Positions 59,704 through 64,000 of a stretch of 64,000 nt of DNA are shown in pieces. Position numbers and translations under genes: made by a program. The DNA comes from Neophaeotheca triangularis (taxonomy: Eukaryota): assembly GCA_054600435.1 (NCBI GenBank), contig BAAIJX010000068.1:1-64000 (forward strand), in the 5' to 3' direction. Numbering within the stretch: the stretch's first letter is position 1; every line of letters starts with the position of its first letter. The notes below the pieces were generated by a model. The model did not search any database. It was not told the origin of the DNA and saw only the letters and a list, made by a program, of their open reading frames with translations.

Positions 59704-62700
59704 TCACTTCTTTTTCTTCATCCAGCCAAGTACGCGGTCTCGCTTCCTAGTCGCGGGGGCCATTGCTTCGGTTGCGGCTTGGTCGGCTGCACCGGCAACA
59801 GCATCTTCCTCTCCCTGCTGCTCCTCTACTCCAAGTTGCTCGTGTGCTGCTTGTTGCCTGTCTTCCTGCTGGAACCCGGTCTCTCGCAAAGCGTCAGATG
59901 GATGGCCGTGTGCGAGATCGTGACATGTGTCCTCCGCGCCATGTTCGGTGCCGTCAATGTCGATGTCACCGAGGGCAAGTACCTGTCGTAACCATGCGAT
60001 GTCCTTTTCATGATCGCCTTCGAGCTCCTCATAGCCTGCTAGCGCCCTTGCAAACATCGCGCGCGCTTCGACATCCTCCCCTCGGCGTCGGTGTAGCAGC
60101 CCTAGATTGTAGACGGTGCGAACACTGTATGCGTGCTTACGTCCTAAGGCCTCCTCGTACCCCTCTAGCGCTCGTACGAACATCTCCTCTACCTTCTCGT
60201 ACTCGCCCTTCGTATCGTAGAGAGTACCGAGATTATTTACTGTGTCGAGAGTCGATGTATGCTTCGGTCCTAAGGCCTCCTCGTACCCCTCTAGCGCTCG
60301 TACGTACATCTCCTCCGCCTTCTTGAGCTTACCTTGCCTTACATAGAGAAGGCCGAGATTATGTACTGTGTCGAGAGTCGATGTATGCTTCGGTCCTAAG
60401 GCCTCCTCTTTCCCCTCTAGCGCTCGTAGGTACATCTCCTCTGCCTTCTCGAGCTCGCCTTGCGATAAATAGAGATTGCCGAGATTATTCACTATGTCAA
60501 GAGTCGATATATGCTTCGGTCCCAAGACCTCCTCTTTCCCATTTAGCGCCCTTACGTACATCTCCTCTGCCTTTTCGAGCTTATATTGCCTTTGGTAGAG
60601 AATGCCGAGACCATTCACTATACCGAGAGTCGATGTATGCTTCGGTCCTAAGACCTCCTCTTTCCCCTCTAGCGCTCGTGTGTACATCCTCTCTGCCTCG
60701 CCTAGTCTGGCTTGTACACAATAGAGGGTACCTAGTGATTGGAGACTGTCGAGGATGCCTTCCGATTCCCCTGCGTCTTCGTACATCTTCAATGCTCGCA
60801 AAAGAAGTTGCTCCATTGTGTGCGAGCTCTCCCAATCCGACAAGAACCGTGCAAGGTTATATAGCTCGCGCTCTAAGCCCGCGGGCGGCAACTTCAGATG
60901 CTGAGAGGCTACCGTTCGCGCGTGTGGGAGGAGTCGTCTCGCCAGAATGTAATCCTCGGTATGGGTGAGTGGCCATGGGTTCATCTGCGATACAAGACCG
61001 ATCGCTCGATTGCACAGCTGTTGCTTCGCTTCCGTAGTGGTCAGATTGTGCAAACACCAGGCGTGTACCACGGGGTGGATGGAAAAGCCCTGACCTTCAG
61101 CTTTCGGTGTAGCTAGTGAGTATCTCGATAGTATGCCAAGGATATCTTCGAACTCGTCTTCGCTGGAAGCAATACACGCTTCTTCGTCGGATTCGAATGC
61201 CAAGAGCTGATACCAGAGGTCTGCTGGAGAGAGAAAGGCCCAGAGGTCCAGCAAGTCTGCTGCCTGATGCTTGACCCTACGAACTTGTTCATAAGACATC
61301 TTCCAGGTCGTTAGCAGTGTTCTGTCGGATCTATGGGGGGAATGGAAGCTTTGTGAAGTCATGAGGTCCGCCCACGTTTTATCGTAGCGCTGTATGTATC
61401 TGTCGATCGAGATGTTGGTCGCCTTCAGAAACGCCCCAGCCTGAGCCAAAGCAAGGGGGAGACCTTCGAGTTTCTCCAATAGCCGTTTGAAATCTGTCAC
61501 AGCAAGTTAGATGAATCACTCTAATAGTGGAGCATAGGGTGGGGGAGTCTGGATATTACCTGGCGGTGGTATCTCTGGATGCTTCCCGACGATCTCTTGT
61601 CCGATATCATCGCTGACGCCTTGCAGGCGGAGGCTTGCTCCTGATCTTTGTAAAGATGCGAGGGACAACAGTCGAGTGGTGATCAGAAAGTTTCCGTGAT
61701 TGACTTCCTGGAAAATCTTGCTGTAATCGTAAGCTTGTTCATCTGCGCCCTCTACTTGCCAGTCGAGGTCGACGTTGTCGAGAACCAGAAGCCATCTACT
61801 GTTCTCGGCCTCGGTGAGCCATCTGAGAAAAGCGTTGGCGTCCTTGGCGACGTTTTGGGAGTCTGCTGATGGCTGAGCTTGATCGTGCGTTGAGCTGCTC
61901 GAGACACTCCTGAACGCACCAGCAAGAGACTGCCGCAGCGCAGCTATTCCAGAACCATCGAGCCAGAAAACGGCAGTGAAGTCCGCTTCGTGTCTTCGCG
62001 CATAATCGACACAGAGCTGTGTTTTGCCGATTCCTCCAATGCCATGAACAACGAAAATTCTTCGCTGCTCACGAGCACGAGGGGACTGAAAGAACTCCTC
62101 GAGCGGCCTCATGTCTTCATCGCGCGGCACAAAATTGTCAATTGCAGGAACTCCCTTCAGGCTGAAAGGCACATCGTAATCTGGCATTTGTTAGATACGC
62201 GGACCATTAATTGCAAATAGATAACCAAGATGACGTTAAAACAAACTACTTACTATTCCCTGCCAGTTGCATCTCTTCGACACCATGTGGATCAAGCTCG
62301 CCTAGAAGCTCTTTGGCGTAGCATGCAGCTGTCATGGCCGCGTAACGCTGCCACCGCTTGTTCTTGTGCGAGTCGGCGTAATCACAGACCCCTCGAATGA
62401 CGATACAAGGAAAAGAGTCCATCAAGCCAGCCGCCTCCATCTCGAAGCACAATATTCCTTCTTTCCGTGCGATGCGATCTCTCGTGGGAGCGTCCTTCAC
62501 AACTCCGTCGCCCGAAGCTATGTTGCCGTAATGAATCCTAGGCTTGTCGTTTTTTCGGCCTGGGGAACGCTTAACGAGCCGTGAGCGATCGCATTGCTGG
62601 CATGTGCCGCCTTCGGGGTGACTGTAGCTCGCCTCAAACAGCTCGTCGTTCTCCAGTCCCTGGTAGTCGTAGTTCTGTTCGACTAACGGTGGATGTTTGG

Positions 62701-63223
62701 TGAAAGCATCTTGCAGGTATTGGCCGACGTTACTGACTCTCAAGTCGTGCTCTGACTTTAGACTCTGCACCGCGTTCAGCAGCGCACGAGGTGGTTTGTT
62801 GAGCGTCCCCGTTTTCCTGAATTCCCCATTCTTCTCCATCTTGCCAAAATCCCACTGTACCACGCCGCCATGATCACCTTCCGGCTGGCTCACCACAACA
62901 TCGCCCAGCCTGATGTCTCTCTGTTCGCTCCATACTCCACCGCAGATACCGACCATGAAGCCAGCCTTGATGGGAAAACTGCGCATCATGTCTTTGGCGA
63001 CAGCGGTTGCCGAAACTTTCCCCATAACACCAGCCGGGAGGGATGCAACCACGACATTGTGCTCGCCGATTCTACCAAATGCGTAGACGTTATCGTCGCC
63101 TCTCGGCTTGCGCGGTCTTGCATGGCGAGCGTCCAAGACGGCTACCACTGCTGTTCTTTCAATGTCGAGCGCACAGATAATCCCAACGTTATAGGATTCG
63201 AGGGGATGAGTGGTGCTAGACAT
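59704..63223 (-). CDS. Fungal NLR: PNP_UDP effector - NB-ARC - TPR (~1126 aa, 3 exons)
   Basis: PNP_UDP motifs VGIICAL, DIRLGDVVVS, CFEMEAAGLM, IRGVCDYADSHKNKRWQ; P-loop GIGGIGKT, Walker B WLLVLDNVD, GLPLALAQA; introns 62181-62253 and 61494-61559 keep frame. Confidence 0.93.
60120..60700 (-). repeat. High-identity 126-bp (42-aa) TPR tandem repeats inside the NLR
   Basis: RAGAGTCGATRTATGCTTCGG recurs at 60247, 60373, 60499 and 60625. Confidence 0.92.
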
Positions 63224-64000
63224 CGTTCCGTCTCATCTTCTGTTGTCATCAAAGAAGCTGGAAAAAAGAGATGAAAAAGCGATGGAGAGCCCGTGGGCGC
63301 GTTAAGGTCTCTCGCCTCCCAGATCACGCATGTCAGCTCTCAAGCGTAAGCCTCAGCTGAGGGGAGCTTTGCATTATGCCCAAAGGCTTGCAGTCGAAGC
63401 AGTAATTGGTTTCCAAGGCGCCTAGGCAACGCCACGCAGGATGCGCTCATGAGAACTTGCAACAGCTGGGTCGCAGCGCTTATCAAGATCAAGTTGCCTT
63501 CCTTGGCATGGGTTCGCATCGCCCTTCGAAGATGGCGGCCCCGATCACGTCCTATCGATGCCTAGAGCCGCCTGTGGATCCAAAGTCGTGACCACAGTGA
63601 AGAGAGAACCTTTGAGCATCCTTTTCTTTGAAGTGCTGTGAAGTCGATGTATCGTAGCTGGCTCGGTTCTAGCCCTGGGCGAGTTTTGCCAGCCACCATG
63701 CGGGGTGCTGCGAGGGTGTGTTGGCACTGGCTGGTTGATGCATATCGTTGCACAGCTCGCCATCAACGCCACATTACAGGACACACCATCTGGGCATCCA
63801 CGTGGAAAAGCGAATCCTCAGCCTGGTGGCCTGGTGCCCGTGTGCCTCGAGGCAAGGCTGGAAAGTAGCGCCGTCTTCTGCCGCCCACCTAGCCAGCTGT
63901 CCTGGTGGCCGACACTGGCAAGACGACGACCGGCTTGTGCACCCCATAATGGAGTGTTTCCTGACATATGGTATTTGAGGACTAGAAGAAGGGAGCACCG

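Overview
This is the left end of a chromosome from a filamentous ascomycete; gene content and intron style suggest a Dothideomycete, probably Capnodiales/Mycosphaerellales-like (inference). It opens with a (CCCTAA)20 telomere and only ~700 bp of AT-rich, RIP-like subtelomere, followed by ~20 intron-containing genes. These include an OPT transporter, a secreted bacterial-type solute-binding protein, a Trf4/Cid14-like nucleotidyltransferase, TPS2, SNF5, VPS74, mitochondrial ACP, OST3/6, Cdb4/Ebp1, a double-PHD Rco1-like protein, tRNA-Ala(AGC), cytochrome b561, AVO2, an acyl-CoA ligase/3-hydroxyacyl-CoA dehydrogenase pair and a PNP_UDP-NB-ARC-TPR NLR. The most notable signal is seven exact ATCWGATAA boxes (the SreA/Sre1 iron-repressor consensus) within 4.8 kb around the divergent OPT and solute-binding protein genes, suggesting an undescribed iron-regulated binding-protein + OPT uptake module. 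Also notable: an inverted, truncated tRNA-Ala copy fused to a perfect hairpin; a separate tRNA-like Pol III element; and a coiled-coil protein resembling class II Rab11-FIPs. All family calls come from motif recognition by eye, not database searches.
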